Shown piece by piece: positions 22,430 through 37,199 of a stretch of DNA of 64,000 nt (position 1 is its first letter; every line of letters begins with the position of its first letter). The stretch lies in assembly GCA_904063045.1 (NCBI GenBank), contig CAJFCJ010000068.1, forward strand, positions 122,542 to 186,541, read 5' to 3'. The position numbers and the translations under genes are program-made. Source of the stretch: Dimorphilus gyrociliatus (Eukaryota; Animalia; Annelida). The notes under the pieces are model-generated. The model was not told the DNA's origin, ran no database searches, and was given only the letters and a program-made list of their open reading frames with translations.

Positions 22430-23726
22430 TGATCGAATCTGCTCAAGTATTGTGTTCCATTGACCAAAGTATTTCTCACTTGTTCGATAGTTTCAATCTG
22501 ATTATATGTTGGGAGTTTTTCGAATTCTAATTAAGTATGCTGGCAACAAGTGGAAAAAATCGCGTAATCTCATTCACTTGAGTCTTGAAATGTTCATTGT
22601 TTATCAGTACGAGTTTTCTGCTTATTTCAACTGTATTCTTAAGATGTCCAAACTCATCAATAAATCTTTTGAGCTGCTGGAAATTTTGCTCAAACCATTT
22701 CAAGAAAGTGAGCCAAGTCCCCCATCTTGTTTTAATTGGCGAGTTAAGCATTGATTCGTCTAAACCAAATCAGGAGAGCCACATCCTATTTGATTTGTTT
22801 TTATGAAGTATTTTTGTTAGAAATTTAACTGAATCATTCACCAAATTATTTCTGTCACGCACAGTTTCAGCGAGGTTATGAAGTGCATGGCAAAGACACG
22901 TAACATGCTTCACGGTCGGAATTATATTTTTTATCAAATTTCCACAAGCAACAGCATTTGGCGCTCGGTCAGAAACTATCATTTTACATCTAAAATATTT
23001 TGAATAATCATGTTGTGTTATTTCATTGAGCACTCCGACTATTTTCGTATACAATGTAGTAGAGCAGCTATCATCCATAAAGAAAGAATCAAATAAGAAT
23101 TCAGGGCACCTTTTGTTTTCATTTCACTCTGTTATCATAATAATAACAGCTTGCGACCGCAATCATGGTCATCTCGTCAAAAATGAGCACAAAATTTTTG
23201 TTCTTAAAGTGAGCGGTCATTAATGATTGATAATGGGTGAGAACTTCATCGACAACAGATTTTCTGTGATAAGAGGCGGATCCTTGTTTCTTATAGTCTC
23301 ATTCCTCAAAAAACTGTTTAAAAAGGCATCATCCACTCTATTTATCGGAGTATTGGTTGCAATGAGCATTCTGACAGGTTCGAAGTGGAAACCGAGCTTT
23401 ACTGTGCCAGCCAAAGGAAAATCTAAGCCTTTTTCCTTCTTTTTATCTTTTTTTCCAAGATGTTTTGGCGTCTTCAGATGTGCTTTGAAAGGTTCATCTT
23501 CCTCTCTCGGGTTATATTTTTTCTCCTCTTCGCAAACATCACAGAAGAATTTCTTCTCTGTTAGCGAAAGATCAGTATTCTCTCGACAAAATTTAACCAA
23601 AGCAAAATATTCTTTCAAAGATTTTGTCATTTTGTTTTTGATAATGGATGAATTTTTTTCAAAAAATCTATGAGAAGAATCGAGCCGTTTAAAAAAATAT
23701 CGTGACCCGATTTTTTCCGAGTCCTA
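22430..23726 (-). mobile_element. Decayed hAT-like DNA transposon (C2H2-like finger plus transposase)
   Basis: FFCDVC...HLKTPKH; VSDRAPN; VTCLCHALHN; KTRWGTW; end TAGGACTCGG at 23726. Confidence 0.75.
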
Positions 23727-24949
23727 GGCATGGACATAAAAGGCGGATTTGTCCATCCCCAATATCATGGCTCGAAATAAAAAGTTATCTGACAGCTTGC
23801 CTTCTTCTGACATTGGCGTCAACGGCAAAGAGACAAAAAAAATAAAAAATTCTACTAATGGAGAGAATACGATCAATGGTGTTGAAAATGCAGAAAGACT
23901 CAATTTTTACTATTGACATTACTCAATGATCGTTTCTACAAATTTTTTGATGGCAAGAATATGGAACCAAAGGAATTTCTCAAACAATTCGATGACATAG
24001 AAAGTAAAATTGACCAAGGATCTCTAATGAGAAAAATAAAAGCTTCTACGACAGGAAACGCACACAAATAGATGAGTGGGCTTGATAAAGAGACTCTGGA
24101 TTCATGGTGAAAAATTTCAAGATGAGATGTTAAAGTTTTTCGGGTCATCAGTGATAAATAAGACTGTCAAAATAATCAAAAGACTGAAGAAGGGATTCAC
24201 ATTTGGAAAATTAGAAGAAGAGCTTTTTGACATTTACGCAGGAAGAAAAGAGTCAAACCTTACGTTAGAACATATTTTGGAACTTGGATGCGATGGACTG
24301 CATAGTTCTTATAGATGTAGACTTATTGAGACAAAAGATTGATTGGAAGTGATCAACATCGCTCGTGCACTCGCAACTTGTGATAATAATATAAGAAATC
24401 GCAAGATCACAAAAGAACCTTAAGAGAAGAAGCAAAAAAAAATCAATAAAAATGTACAAAAGAAAGAAATCCGTGGTAAAAGTAACCTTTATGGTAAATT
24501 GGAATGTTTAATTTGTACGGGTCCGTATTATGCTGCGAAGTGTCCGAATAAGAAAGATAAAACGAATGAAAATGGAAGTGATCGGAACAAAGGTGTATCA
24601 AAACAAGCAAAGAACATCTTCTTGAACAATATAATTGAGGAGAAAGTTGTGGATTCAAGACCATTTGATTGTATACTTACTTAAGATTTGGTGACAGGAA
24701 TTACAGAGCACTAATTGATTTGAATGCATCTCATTACTCCACATCTGAAGAAGTGGCAAATGAGATTGGGGGATTTGTTCTTACTGAGAATGAAAAAGTA
24801 CAGATGATATCCAAACAGGCTGATATGATATGTAAAATTCGAATTGGGATGGATATCAATTCCGATCATAACGTGGTACGGATTTGTACGTGATGAAAAA
24901 TCTCACCGAAGAGATTATTATCGGCTTTAACACTTGTAAAAGTCTGAAT

Positions 24950-26934
24950 CAGGGCGTGGCATGAATTTCTTGAAAATAAAAGCTCCCTCAAATTTTCGAA
25001 AAATACTTTTTTCTTGATACAAATGATGATTAGAAGGATAAGAATCTATCAACTAAGCCACATTAGCGCATGTTTATATAGAAAGAATCACCTAAGCGCG
25101 TGAATTTCTACTATACTGATTCAAGAAAAATTAGAAAAATTTCATTAGTGACTTGATAGAGCCATTTAATTGAAAAAAATTGAATTGTATACCAACCATT
25201 ATATACAGAAAAATTTTAAATACAAAAAATAAGTTCGTAATATATCTTTTTTGATCCACTCCGGGCAAATCCCGGAATTACATGAGACATGTTTTATTAA
25301 CAAAGACCGCAAAATTTAATCATTTATGGTATAAAAACGTCTAAAAAATTCGATGGTTTAGAATTATGGTTTTTCATAGCAAATTTACTTTCTAGTTTTT
25401 TTCATGCGATCTACCATTTTCACCAGCCTAGGTGCAAAATTGATTCCTTTGAAATGTTTTTTTTTTGAAAGAAGATTATTCAATAGAGAAAACGTTCTCT
25501 CAGCCACAACACTGGTACTCGGAAGTGCCAACAACATATTTTTGTGTGAGTTAACTGACATGATCTGAATCTTTTGAAGTGGGTGCTTAGACCATCTTTT
25601 TGTAAGATAAATGCTAAGTTCGGCTGGATCTGATCCCATATCTATTGATTCATATGCTTCTATTGCATTTTGAACAGAAAAATCATTTTTTTGAGAAATT
25701 TTTATGACATTGGTTAAACAGCCGTAGCATTCAGATATTTCGTTCAATTGTTTACAAATCTCTTGTTTTTGATAGGCTTGATTGGTTAAAAAGGCAATTC
25801 TCACGTTAGAAGACGCAATATCATCTATGACACAATCATAAATGTAACCAAAGTGATGCCTATAGTATATACATGCGTCCACAAAAGATCCCCATCTCGT
25901 ATCACAGATTCTTTTCGGTTTTGCTAAATCGGTAAATATAGATGATGTTGAATTGTGCGCGAAAATATATGAATTCAAATTAAGAATCACATCATATACA
26001 TTTTTATAGTGAGTTTTCAATCTTGCACACGCATTGTGTATTAAATGACTAAAACAGAAAAGCCACTCAATATGTGGCTGTTTTTTCAAAACATTTTTAC
26101 GCGCTAATGCGTTTGCAGGCGCAGCATCTGTGACTTATAAGAACCACGTTACTTATAGGCTGGCTTATACAAGACAGAGAATTTATAATAAGTGATTCTA
26201 TAGTTTCATGATTGTGTGAAAAGTCTGATGCATCGGCATATACTAGTTCAAAATTACTGGGTTCTTCAGTAGTGCTCATATGAACCACCGTGTAATTTTT
26301 ACCATCATTTTTCGTAGAATCGAAAATCATAATGAGTTTCTTTTTCATGAATCGAGCACAAAGTTGAATTGGTCTAGATTCAAACGCCTTTTTAAGTTTA
26401 CAATTCTCTGTTCTTGATGAAAAAGTTTTTACATTGAATTTTTTCATTGCTGATCTGTACACAGGACTATCACAAATGTTTAGAGAAACATTATGTCCCA
26501 TGAAAACATCTCTCATCAAACCTTCAGAGTCGACAACATGTTTAAGTTTCTCATTTTTGATCGAGAGACCATTAGTATGTGAAAAAACCATCGCATGATC
26601 ATCTAAATCAGACTTGTATCGTATTTTTAAATCTTTTTTACAAATTTTGCAATTTATTTTGGTTTTTGATGTGCTCAATTGGAAATCATCGCCAGATGCT
26701 CGTATGATGGCCATTAATTTGTCATAAAGTGATTTTTTGTCAGGCATTTTAGGGTCTTATTTGACTTTCTTTATAAAGAAATTTTTCCCTCCTAAAATAA
26801 AATTTAAACGATACATAATTCACCTGAAAACTCACCGAAAAAAAACGATATTTTATATTGTCATTTTAAGAATTTTTATTAGAAAAAAAAATGAATTTTT
26901 CACATTAAAAAAATATTTTCTTTGCCGTGCCCTG
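24950..26934 (-). mobile_element. hAT DNA transposon with 8-bp TSD
   Basis: TIRs CAGGGCGTGGCA / TGCCGTGCCCTG; TSD GTCTGAAT on both sides; transposase ORFs 26097-26747 and 25385-26089 (FCFSHLIHN, DTRWGS, LPSTSVVAERTFS). Confidence 0.92.
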
Positions 26935-27216
26935 GTCTGAATGTAGATCTTTGGCTGAGCATCAGAATGAGGAGCCACTGTTCTGTAATACAATCATCCC
27001 AATGAACCATTCAATTGGAATCTCAAGATTATCATCAGGAAACGGTAATGAACACTATGTTGAGACGATACCAGCTCAGGTTAAAGCACTTCTGGATCAG
27101 GTTGGTCTGAATAAAACACCAGAACCTCTAGACTTGACCTGCAACATGAGATTGATTTACTGGATGATAAGAAGGATCTGTATTGCAAACCTTCCGTCGG
27201 AATAAGAAGGAAAATG

Positions 27217-28173
27217 GGGAACAACAGAAGTCGCCCAGGGCAGAAGTCGCCCAGGACAGAAGTCGCCCAGAAATTGATAGAAGTCGCCCAGAGCTGTGAC
27301 AGAAGTCGCCCAGAACTGTGATAGAAGTCGCCCAGGACTATGACAGAAGTCGCCTAGAACTGTAGAAGACATAATGTGTTTGTTCTTTGTTTCTATTGAT
27401 TTCTGACAATTGAAATATATAATAAGTATTAATAAATATAGAATGCATCATTTAATAATAACTAAATAGTGAATGAATTAAATAATAAAATACTGGCATT
27501 CTGTTGAAGGTTTCACATAAATATCATTTATTTGCTTAAACTTGTGCACAAACTTGAGGTTCTATTTGGATCAGTACAGCAGAAAATTCCCACAATCACA
27601 ATACAAAGTACAGTATTGAGTTTTAAACTAAAAATCTTATGCATTTCATTTAATTTATTAAATTTGTTTCTACATTCAAAGCAGAATTTTGCCATGTTCA
27701 TCAATTTCTTTCAAATACCTCTTATGTCAAAGATCATGAGAATTAAAAAAAAATTGTAAGATATATACATGATTTTAAAGAGACTAATATTTTTATCAAA
27801 ACAATTGTTACTTTTGAAGGATTACAATGCAGAAAATCACTTAATTCGAATAGCTAACAATTCAATTTTCACAACAAATCAAGTGGTAAAACATTACTCT
27901 ACAAAAAAAACTGGTAAAACAATTTCTTTCATTATCACTCAGAGATTACAAATAATAAATACAAACTACTTCATAAATTATTTTCATATATTTTGCATTT
28001 TATTAAGCATACTGTAAACTTCTAGTACACTTCTGGGCGACTTCTGTCATAGTCCTGGGTGACTTCTATCACACTTCTGGGCGACTTCTGTCACAGCTCT
28101 GGGCGACTTCTATCAATGTCTGGGCGACTTCTGTCCTGGGCGACTTCTGCCCTGGGCGACTTCTGTCGTATTC
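27217..28173. mobile_element. 957-bp MITE copy B, inserted in Gypsy pol
   Basis: 9-bp TSD AGGAAAATG at 27208-27216 and 28174-28182; near-identical to copy A. Confidence 0.92.
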
Positions 28174-31100
28174 AGGAAAATGTTTACATTGCTGAACAAA
28201 CCGAAAACACATGGATGAAGGTAACATACGTATAAGCAAAATTAAATACGTATCTTTGGTTGTTCTAGCGAAGAAATCCGATGGCACACTGCGATTCTGT
28301 GTGGATTACAGAAAACTAAATGAAAACACGATTCGGAAACAGTAGCCGATACTTCAAATGGACGACCTGCCTCCCGAGATAAATCATGGAGTTATTCTTA
28401 GTAAATTGGATCTGGAGAGCGCATATCACCATATAACCTTGAAGGAAGAAGACCGGCACAAAAGTGGATTTATAACGCATGGGATGTTTCGAATGGATTG
28501 TTATGCCATTCGGACTTATCAATGCACCATTTACATTCTAGCAAATAATAAATACGTTCATGAAGTATGCCAGAAACAAATTTGTTGTAACCTATCTCGA
28601 TGATATCTTAGTCTATTGAAGAAATGAAAAGAAAAATGGAGCACCTAAAATGGGATTTTGAACAGTTGAATCGCTATAGACTGCAATTAAATCCTAAAAA
28701 ATGTGAGTTCATCGTGAAAAAGTAAAATTTTCGGGATTTGAGGTCGGCAAAGGAATGATTGAAATTTCGGAAAAGGCTAAAATGGAGGCTGTGGATTTCA
28801 CAATTTTGCAAAACACGCAAGATTTACATGGATTCCCCGGATTTATTACAGTCTTTAGGCGTTTTATTCCCAATTTTAGTACAAAGGTAAGTGTACTAAA
28901 TGATTTACTGAAAAAGGATGTAAAATGAGACTTCGGCACACGGCAACGGGAATCGATGGAACAGATAAAGAAAGATATCGTTCAATCTAAATCGTTGTGG
29001 CTGCCTGATTTGAATACAGAGTTCACTATCTATACTGGCGCTTTTAATATTAAACTTGGCGCAGTTTTAACGCAATCCAATGGGTCTGCAGATGTGCCAG
29101 TGTTGTGGGCATCTCGAAGGCTGTTGCCGAGAGAATGTAACTATACAACAACTGAAAAAGAGTGTCTCAGTGTTATTTTGGATTAGAGCAATTTAAGACG
29201 TACTTACCATCGCAAATTTTTCATAAGGGATGACACCAAGCACTCAAATGGCTTCTTGGCCAAAAAGAACCAAAAGAACTCCTGGCAAGATGAATTATGG
29301 AAATAAGTGCTCACGATTATACATTTGAGCATATTGCAGGCAAAGAAAATATGTTTGCTGGTCTTTTGTCACGTGGTACAGTGAAGTTGAAAATTATTCT
29401 GAAGGATGAGAATAAAGGGTAATCTAAGGAATTGTCGAGCGATGAAAAAAAAATGATGATGTTGAGGACACACGTCGCTAAGGCACATGGTGGTCGCGAG
29501 CCAGTCTTTCTTTATCTACGCAACTTTGCAATTTGGAAGGGTATGAGAAATGATATTTCTAAATTCATAAAAAAGTGTTCAGTCTGTAATTTTTACAGCA
29601 AAAATGAAGAAAAATTTACAACATATAGAACAAGCATCGAGGAACCATTTTTCAAGGATGGAATTGATGTAATAGGAGCACATCCTAAAGATGAAATTGG
29701 ATATCGGCTTACTGTCGCTGCGACCTACTATACCACACGTTGGGCAGAAGTGCTACCACTCTAGAAGAAGACCAAAGAGTAAATTCCTAAATTTATTTAT
29801 AATCAGATCCTTCTAAGACACGGCCTCCCGAAACTGATCGTTTCAGATCAAGGGACAGAATTTATAAACAATGTTGTCTGTGAGGTAATGAACCGATTGA
29901 ATATACGTCATACCACAACGTCAGCCTATCATCCGCAGTGCAATGGAACAGCCGAGAAGTTAAATAAGACCTTTATAGGTTTGTTAGCTAGAATGTTAAA
30001 TGGAGACCTATCCAGATGGTCGGATATGATTGACTCTGCAGGGTTTGCGTAAAATACGACACCAATCACGAGTTTGAAGGTTTCACCGTCCAAAATTCTA
30101 TATGGCAGGGAAGTTTTTGATTTTCAGTTGAATTGGATGATCGACAACCAGTCAAAAGTAAAAATCATAGATGATATGGATCGAATTAGAAGACAACTAA
30201 TCGAGGATTCTAAATCTTTAAGAAGAAGGGAATGGAAAATGAAAAGACGAGGAAATCACCTAATGATTTATTACAAGGACAGTTAGTATACCGGAAAAGA
30301 AGTTCATTGAACAGGCAATCTAAGTTGGAACTAATTTGGTATAAGGATCCGTATTGGATAGTCCATAATGGAACTAAAGGTAGTTACGGTGTACAATCAT
30401 TTTATTGCCGCGTTTTAAGGTCAATAGGAAGAGTATCAGACCATTCACAAAAGTAGAAGCAGAGGGCTTCAATTTAGAGAGGGAAATGGTGTAAATGATA
30501 TGATTGCTAAGGATAGTAAGAAAGGGGATTAGGCAAAACAGTATCGATAAAGGGACATGAACATATAAGGCAGATTTGTCCATCCCCGATATCATGGCAC
30601 GGAATAAAAAGTTATCTGACAGCTTGCCTTCTTCTGACAAACATCTTTTTCTAACCAAAATTCTATCATTTAAATCTGTGAGATTCTTCGTTGGTTCTTT
30701 ATAAAAATATATTTATCGACACCAAAAATCTTATATATTGTGTGTGAGCATTTGAGTGCCCCATATCTGAAAAAGTATAAGTTTTATTGACGGTAAAGTG
30801 TTCGAATGGCCCATTCTATACTGATTGAAGATATGTACAGCATTTATGAGTTATTAAATCGTATGTAACTGACAATCCCAAAATATTTCCAAAAAAGCCT
30901 AAACACTTCTCCATCAAATTTCTTAAACTAGTCAGATCCACCATTTGCTCTCCTTCGATTATTTTTCAACAAACAATTGCGTCAATTCCAATGATTTTCT
31001 CATTATATCGTGCATGGAGTCCGCCAATTTGGGTATAAATTTGAACACAAATGATATACATTGTTTGAGATGGTGGTGTAATATTTCAATATGGGCACAT

Positions 31101-32239
31101 TATCCCATGTGAAATAATTCGCAGTTGAATCAAAATATATATTATGAAACTATTGAAGATTCATGTGTATAATGTTTTTAAAGTTTAGACAAGAACAAAA
31201 AAGCAGAGTTATCGCCTAATCTACTGATGTTCAATACCAATTAGGATTTTCCTAACGATATTGATCAGTGATACTTTTGTCACTCAAAAAAAAATACAGG
31301 TCAAAATTGCAGCTAGTAGTCTCATATTATTTTTTATCAAACAAATTCCTGTTCAAAATTATATAGTATAATCATACATAAACACATTTAAGGTTTTTTT
31401 ACGTGAGATCAAGTTCTTCAATCCCTCACTTAATTAGCAATTTAGATCTGTGTACAAATTTTTACAAAGGTCATAAAATGTTAGAATATTTCTGATTATT
31501 TAAATTTTATCGGTTTCAACATCTCTTTTGAAAGTCTCACACTATAAATCAGAACAGCTGATTGTTATATAAAGTATATCTCTCTGTTTTTCTTTTAGGT
31601 ATATCAACTTTCCGTCAGAATTGCACCATGTCCTCATTGACCAAATTTCAACACAATAAAAGCAATCTATATATGTGTGAAAATTTTGATTTCTTTATAA
31701 ATTTCAAACGCTAATGTCCGATGAAGCTACAGACAGGCTTTTTTAATTTATCAAAAAAGCCTTGCCTAACAATCATAGGTTTTTGATATTAAAAATAAGA
31801 TTACAATAATGCCATACACATTCTCTTCCTAAAACCGTTGAAAAACATGATATTCAGAATGATAAAAACATTCTAAGGTCTATGTGATATATAGCCGAAT
31901 TGGGGGCGTGATTTCCATTGCGGTTGATTTCAAAATAAAAAACACTAATCAAACGATTTTTTTAATTTTAATTGTTCATTCCTTTAAATATATTGCTCAA
32001 GTTTTTGTATGCATGAATCTACGCAGATCAGATAAAAGTTGCTTGAGTTAATTGAAAGTGCGTGCTTCACAAGCTGTTGAGCATCTTGCATAGTCAATCC
32101 ACTCATTCCCTGGATCTTTTCGCAAATAAAGGGTAAAAGTCGATTATATTCTGTATTTTTGCCCAAGACTTACGAAAATCTTTAAAAAACTCACGTGTTT
32201 TTGTTTGATTTTCTCAAATTTTTAATTTTTACGCTTGGC

Positions 32240-33830
32240 TAGGGCTCGGACTCGGATTGAAATTTATGATTTTGCAATATTATATGACAATATTTTGCAA
32301 CAATAAAATGCTCTTTTTGTCAAACTTATTTTTTACGACTGAACACTTCCTTTTTTTCTTATTCTGAAACGATCTTGGAGCTCAGAAATTCAGGTAAATC
32401 ATAAATTTCAATCTTAAAAATGAATTAATATTATTGGCCCATGACTCGAACACCAGTGCTAAAAATTGTTCTATAAGTTCACTTGATCTCTTTCTAAGTG
32501 AAAACATTAAATTCGAAAAGTCGGATGAGCATTTCAAGTGCAAAATCTGTGATGTGAAGTTTTCAAGCGAAATGTATATAAAGCAAGTGTTTAAGAAACA
32601 CCTTTTAATACCTAGCCATCTCTCTAAAGCTGCGGAATAATCACAAGCACGGCTTTATTCCGAAAAAATGCAATTGAGGTGAAAAATTTTGATGTAAAAT
32701 TATGTAGATTTATTTTGGGCAACGGGGTGTCTTTAATTATCATAAATTCAGAAATAACAAAATATTTCAAAAAAGTTTGGGTTTTGTACCTAAATCTGAA
32801 TGCCAATATAGAAAAACCATCATTCCAAAGTTGATGGAAAAACAAAAGATGAAATCTTAAAAAAATCAAAGGAAAAGAATTTAAATGCTCTTTGATGAAA
32901 CAACAATATCTGGTGGAAAATCTATTCATTTGATATTTGCAAAAATTTTGAATGGTGAAAAAGAAAAGATTTCTAAGAGATATGAAAGAAATACCAAATA
33001 AAGAAGCGGACACAATTTTCTTTATTTTTGTTGACAATTGGATCGTTAAATAGCGATAGTGGCTACACGTAACGATGCAAATCGATTATATCAGATGGTG
33101 CATCAACTTGTTTGGCAGTTGGTCGTAAATTGAAATCTCAAATTCCGAATTTAAAACATATAATTTGCATAGCTCAAAATATCAATTTAGTAGCACAAGA
33201 TCTTGAAAAATTGAGCTCAAATTGCAAAAAATTCTACAAATATTTATTGAAAGTTTTGAAAAGAAGTTCAAAAAATCAGAAACATCAGCGACATTTTACA
33301 CAGTTAAAGATGATTCCTTGGTCAGTCGAAATCAGATGGGGAAGTAAGATAAGATGCTCGCAATTTATCATGCAAAACTTTGAAATGATAAAAAGTTTTT
33401 GTCTGTCATTACCAGAAACCAATAACAAAGTTAGACGTCTAAAAGAGCAAGTTGTGCTAGAGAATGTCAAATCAGAAGACTTGTTCATTGAACAACATGC
33501 TTTTTTAGCCGATACGATAACAAAATTGGAATCTTATGCTTTGAAATACCAAGAACAAATCGATCTTATAATGAACTGTTATCAAGAAACAGAGCATCCT
33601 GATCTGAAAGAAAGATTCCAAAAAAAATTAGATAAGAATTTTGAGATATGGAATTTGAATCGAATTCCATTTGGCTCTTGGTCAATCGAAAAAAACATTT
33701 ACTAATATTTAGAACTGACAAATTGCGAAGTTGAGCGAGGATTTAGTCATATAAGAGCCACTTATCGTGAAAATCAAAGATCTATGAAAATAGAAAATAT
33801 TTACAACTATATATTATCACGTTGTGCGTA
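32240..33830 (+). mobile_element. Decayed hAT-like transposon
   Basis: Starts TAGGGCTCGG; FKCKICDVKF...HLLIPSH finger; HIICIAQNINL; EIRWGS; TNCEVERGFS; no TSD found. Confidence 0.7.
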
Positions 33831-36800
33831 GCACCGTGATCAGGCCGGTTTTAAAATTTTTTCTTTTGCGACACCCCTAACAAAATGAAACAAACCTTTT
33901 ACAAAAGCCGGTCTTTTTACAAAAACCCACACGATGTTGGCTTGGGAAGCGCTTCGTATCTGGAAAGATACTTACAAAGCAATCTCCTTCCAACACGGGG
34001 TGGCAATATCACCAAAAATAAATGGTTTGGACTCTCGAAGGAATCAAAGAAGTAATTGGTTAGAATTTTTAATAAAAAACATATATAAATTTTAATCATA
34101 GATTTCAATCCTAATCCGACCTCTACTCCTGATCAGTAAAATAAGTAAAAAATCCCTCAACATAAGAGAAAAAAATACGAGAATTTTGTATTATTCAAAA
34201 ATGTCAATCGAAAAAAATATTTTATTTGGTATTGTTTTTCTTCATCTAATTTTTCCTCTGCTTATCCAAAGACAAAGAGGATCTAATTGCAATAATTAAA
34301 TGATGAAAATGAACCGGATTTTTTGAATGCTAAAAAGACAGAAAGAGAACTTTCATTCAAGTTTTCGTAAAAATGACGAAAAATGAAACTTTCTCAGTTT
34401 GAGACCTGTTCATTCATAGAAATAAAATATCGTCCAAAAATGTGTCATGAAGTCGAGAAATCTGTTTGTCACAAACTAATGATAGATCTAAAAACATGCG
34501 TTGCACTCATACTTGTGATCTGGGTATTGATACGATTGCATGGCTTATGAAGTTTAATATATGAAACATTTTTTTATTCTAATCCCAAAGCAACAAGAGA
34601 AGCATGTCTAGATCCAATACGACCATTTTCTCATATTGCGTGAATTCCTCGAAAAAGGTAGCTGTTCTAATCTCTTATACTTAAATCGAGTTTTTTTTTG
34701 TATGAAAAGGTTTGAGGTCAAACACTATGATAGTAATTAGAAAACTAGAGCTTTTTTGAGTGAATTCAAGGTCGATTTCATCTCAATTACTTTATTTCCA
34801 ACCATCGAGAGATGACTGATCAACTGGTGATGTAGTAGAAAAGTTCTCATGGGAAACCTTAAGTTCTGTTAAAATAAAGTTTTCATTGTGTTAGAGGGGC
34901 ATGAGACTGGTCGTATCATGTTACCCAATGAGAACCGAGAGACTCCATAAAAGGAAACCAAATTGGTTCCACGATGTGTTTCAGATAATGTTCAAAAGGG
35001 GTCATGAGATGGTGATAGAACCCAGTAATAAAGTGGTAGATTTCTGTAACAAATATCGGAGGCACAAAGCTAAATGGCAGATCATGTTGCAGAAATGGTA
35101 ACCCACGTTTTAAGTGGTAGATGGTTTCAAAAAGGATTTCAGTTTAAACTATAAATAGACGCCATGAAGAATAAAATATCTTCATTCTAATATTTTCATA
35201 TTTTTATTACACATTACAATTACAAAGAAGACAGACACGAAAAGCACCGGTCCTACTCTTCCCAACCCTTTGTTTCTGATACCTACTTTTTTTCGAGTAC
35301 GAAATGGCTCTTCAAATAAAGCTCTGTTTATTTTTTCGGCATATTTTTTTTGTAGATAGACTCCAAGGATTTGTCGATAAGGTGTACATTGCGCTCTTAG
35401 AAGCGAAAATAATATTTGTACTTCTAAACTGCATGCAAGCAATTGAAGAAATATATCTAGCATTTCTTGTGAGTTTCATTTTAAATGAAAGCGATAAATT
35501 GAATCGTTTGTCCATCTTTTTTCAAAATAATCTCAGATGTGATATGAGTAATCGTTAAAATTCATGAATTCATACAGCTTGAAGGCATTTCGGATTGAAG
35601 AAAAAGATTTACCCTTGTTCAAATATTGGATCAAGAATCATTAATCAATGTATATGTCGGTTATTTCAAAATTAATTCGTTCATATTTTAGAATAATGCC
35701 CCAATTTTATCACTTCTTTTCATTTTTTTCGGTAATTTCTGATTAGAATCTATCTACTAAATGTTCAAAATGAGCGAAATAAAATTGACAGGCAACCAGG
35801 TTGAGCTCCATTGTGTCTTACAGAATTTTGTCGGATTTACATTTTTTCGTGATATCACCTAAATTTTGAGTTTGAATGGATCACTTCATTCATGTTTCTA
35901 GAAACAAAATTCATAATTAATCTTTTTTGATGTTTATTTTTCAAAAGCACTTTTACATATATGAATTTTTGATTTTTTGAGCGGAATGTCAGGTCCAGTA
36001 AACATGTCTTCGATCTCCATTCTGTTGAAATCTACTTTTTTCTTCAATGCATCGATGCCTTTATTGATATTGGCAATCGAATCTGTATGTTTTTGCCCTT
36101 TTTGTGGGCTAAAGGCTTGCATAATTTGGCTAATAATTAGATCTCATTGCGGAGCTTGTATTTGATCGAGTTTCCGCAATTGATAAAATTGATAATCAAG
36201 TCTATCTTTGATAAGATGTTTTCTCTTCGTTTGTTTTGATTTTTCCGTCATTCAGAAGTAGAAACGTTATTCAGACAGTCATTTAAAAAGTGAAGGGCAA
36301 AATGGCACATTTTTTCGGTCATATCACCTGAATACTGCTAGAAAAACAATAGTAAAATAAAATTAAAATTACTCAAAATGGTGAGAAGTTATACCTTTTA
36401 AAAGAAAAATGGTTTTGTTTCCTGTTTTGGTTTTCAAATTTCAACAAAAATATTTTTCATTTTACCTTGGCCCTCGATCTAGAGATTCATCTTTGATACT
36501 GATTTTTTTTCTCGCATATTATTAAATACTTGGACAATTTTGTATTCATTTTACTAATTCGCTTATTAAAATGTTTAATTTTTTCATCATTTGCATCATT
36601 AGATATTCAGGGATCTTGAAAATCGATAGAAACATTATATCACTATTCATTAATTTAGTACTTCGGGTTTACATTTCTTTTTTCAAATAAATGCGAGTAA
36701 TAATTTTTTTAAGCTAATTCATGCGGCTATAAGTTTTAAAACAATGAAAATTCACTCATTACATGTGGCGCGCATAACAGGTTATAATGCTTGTAAGGTT

Positions 36801-37199
36801 ACTTTTTTCTCATTTACTTATCACTACGATTTCAATCTATATAATCTATAAGAGAGAGACTTGAACTTTATAAAATCGCAGTAACAAGGGGAAGATTTGA
36901 ACCCCGATCAACTTTTTGGCTTTGTCTTCAAATGCGATCACGAAACATTTAGCCTCGAAATGCTTCAGGAATATTTAAAGTATTTTATTAAGATCAAAAT
37001 CATATTTTTTAAATAGTCTACATGAATTTCTGACATTTAGAAAATAATTTCAAAGAACCCTCAAAATGAGGATTGTAATTTCAAAAACTCGAATAGAATA
37101 CGAAAACATGTGTGATTTCTTATCAATTGGTGTTATGGCAGGAGGAATGCCCCGACAACAAGAATAAAGGCTGAAGCAAAAGGCGAAGACGGTTGTTTG

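Larger units (their letters stand above)
23729..30639 (+). mobile_element. Decayed Gypsy element with short LTRs, carrying two nested insertions
   Basis: Partial 5' LTR 23729-23812 followed by TGG PBS; 3' LTR 30490-30639 after PPT AGAGAGGGAAATGG; Gag knuckle remnant CLICTGPYYAAKC; protease remnant ALIDLNAS; RT LRFCVDYRKLN; RNase H and integrase fragments. Confidence 0.85.

Noticed and set aside
34300-36200. Possible transposase or host exons in short ORFs
   Set aside because: No diagnostic motif could be recognised in any frame.
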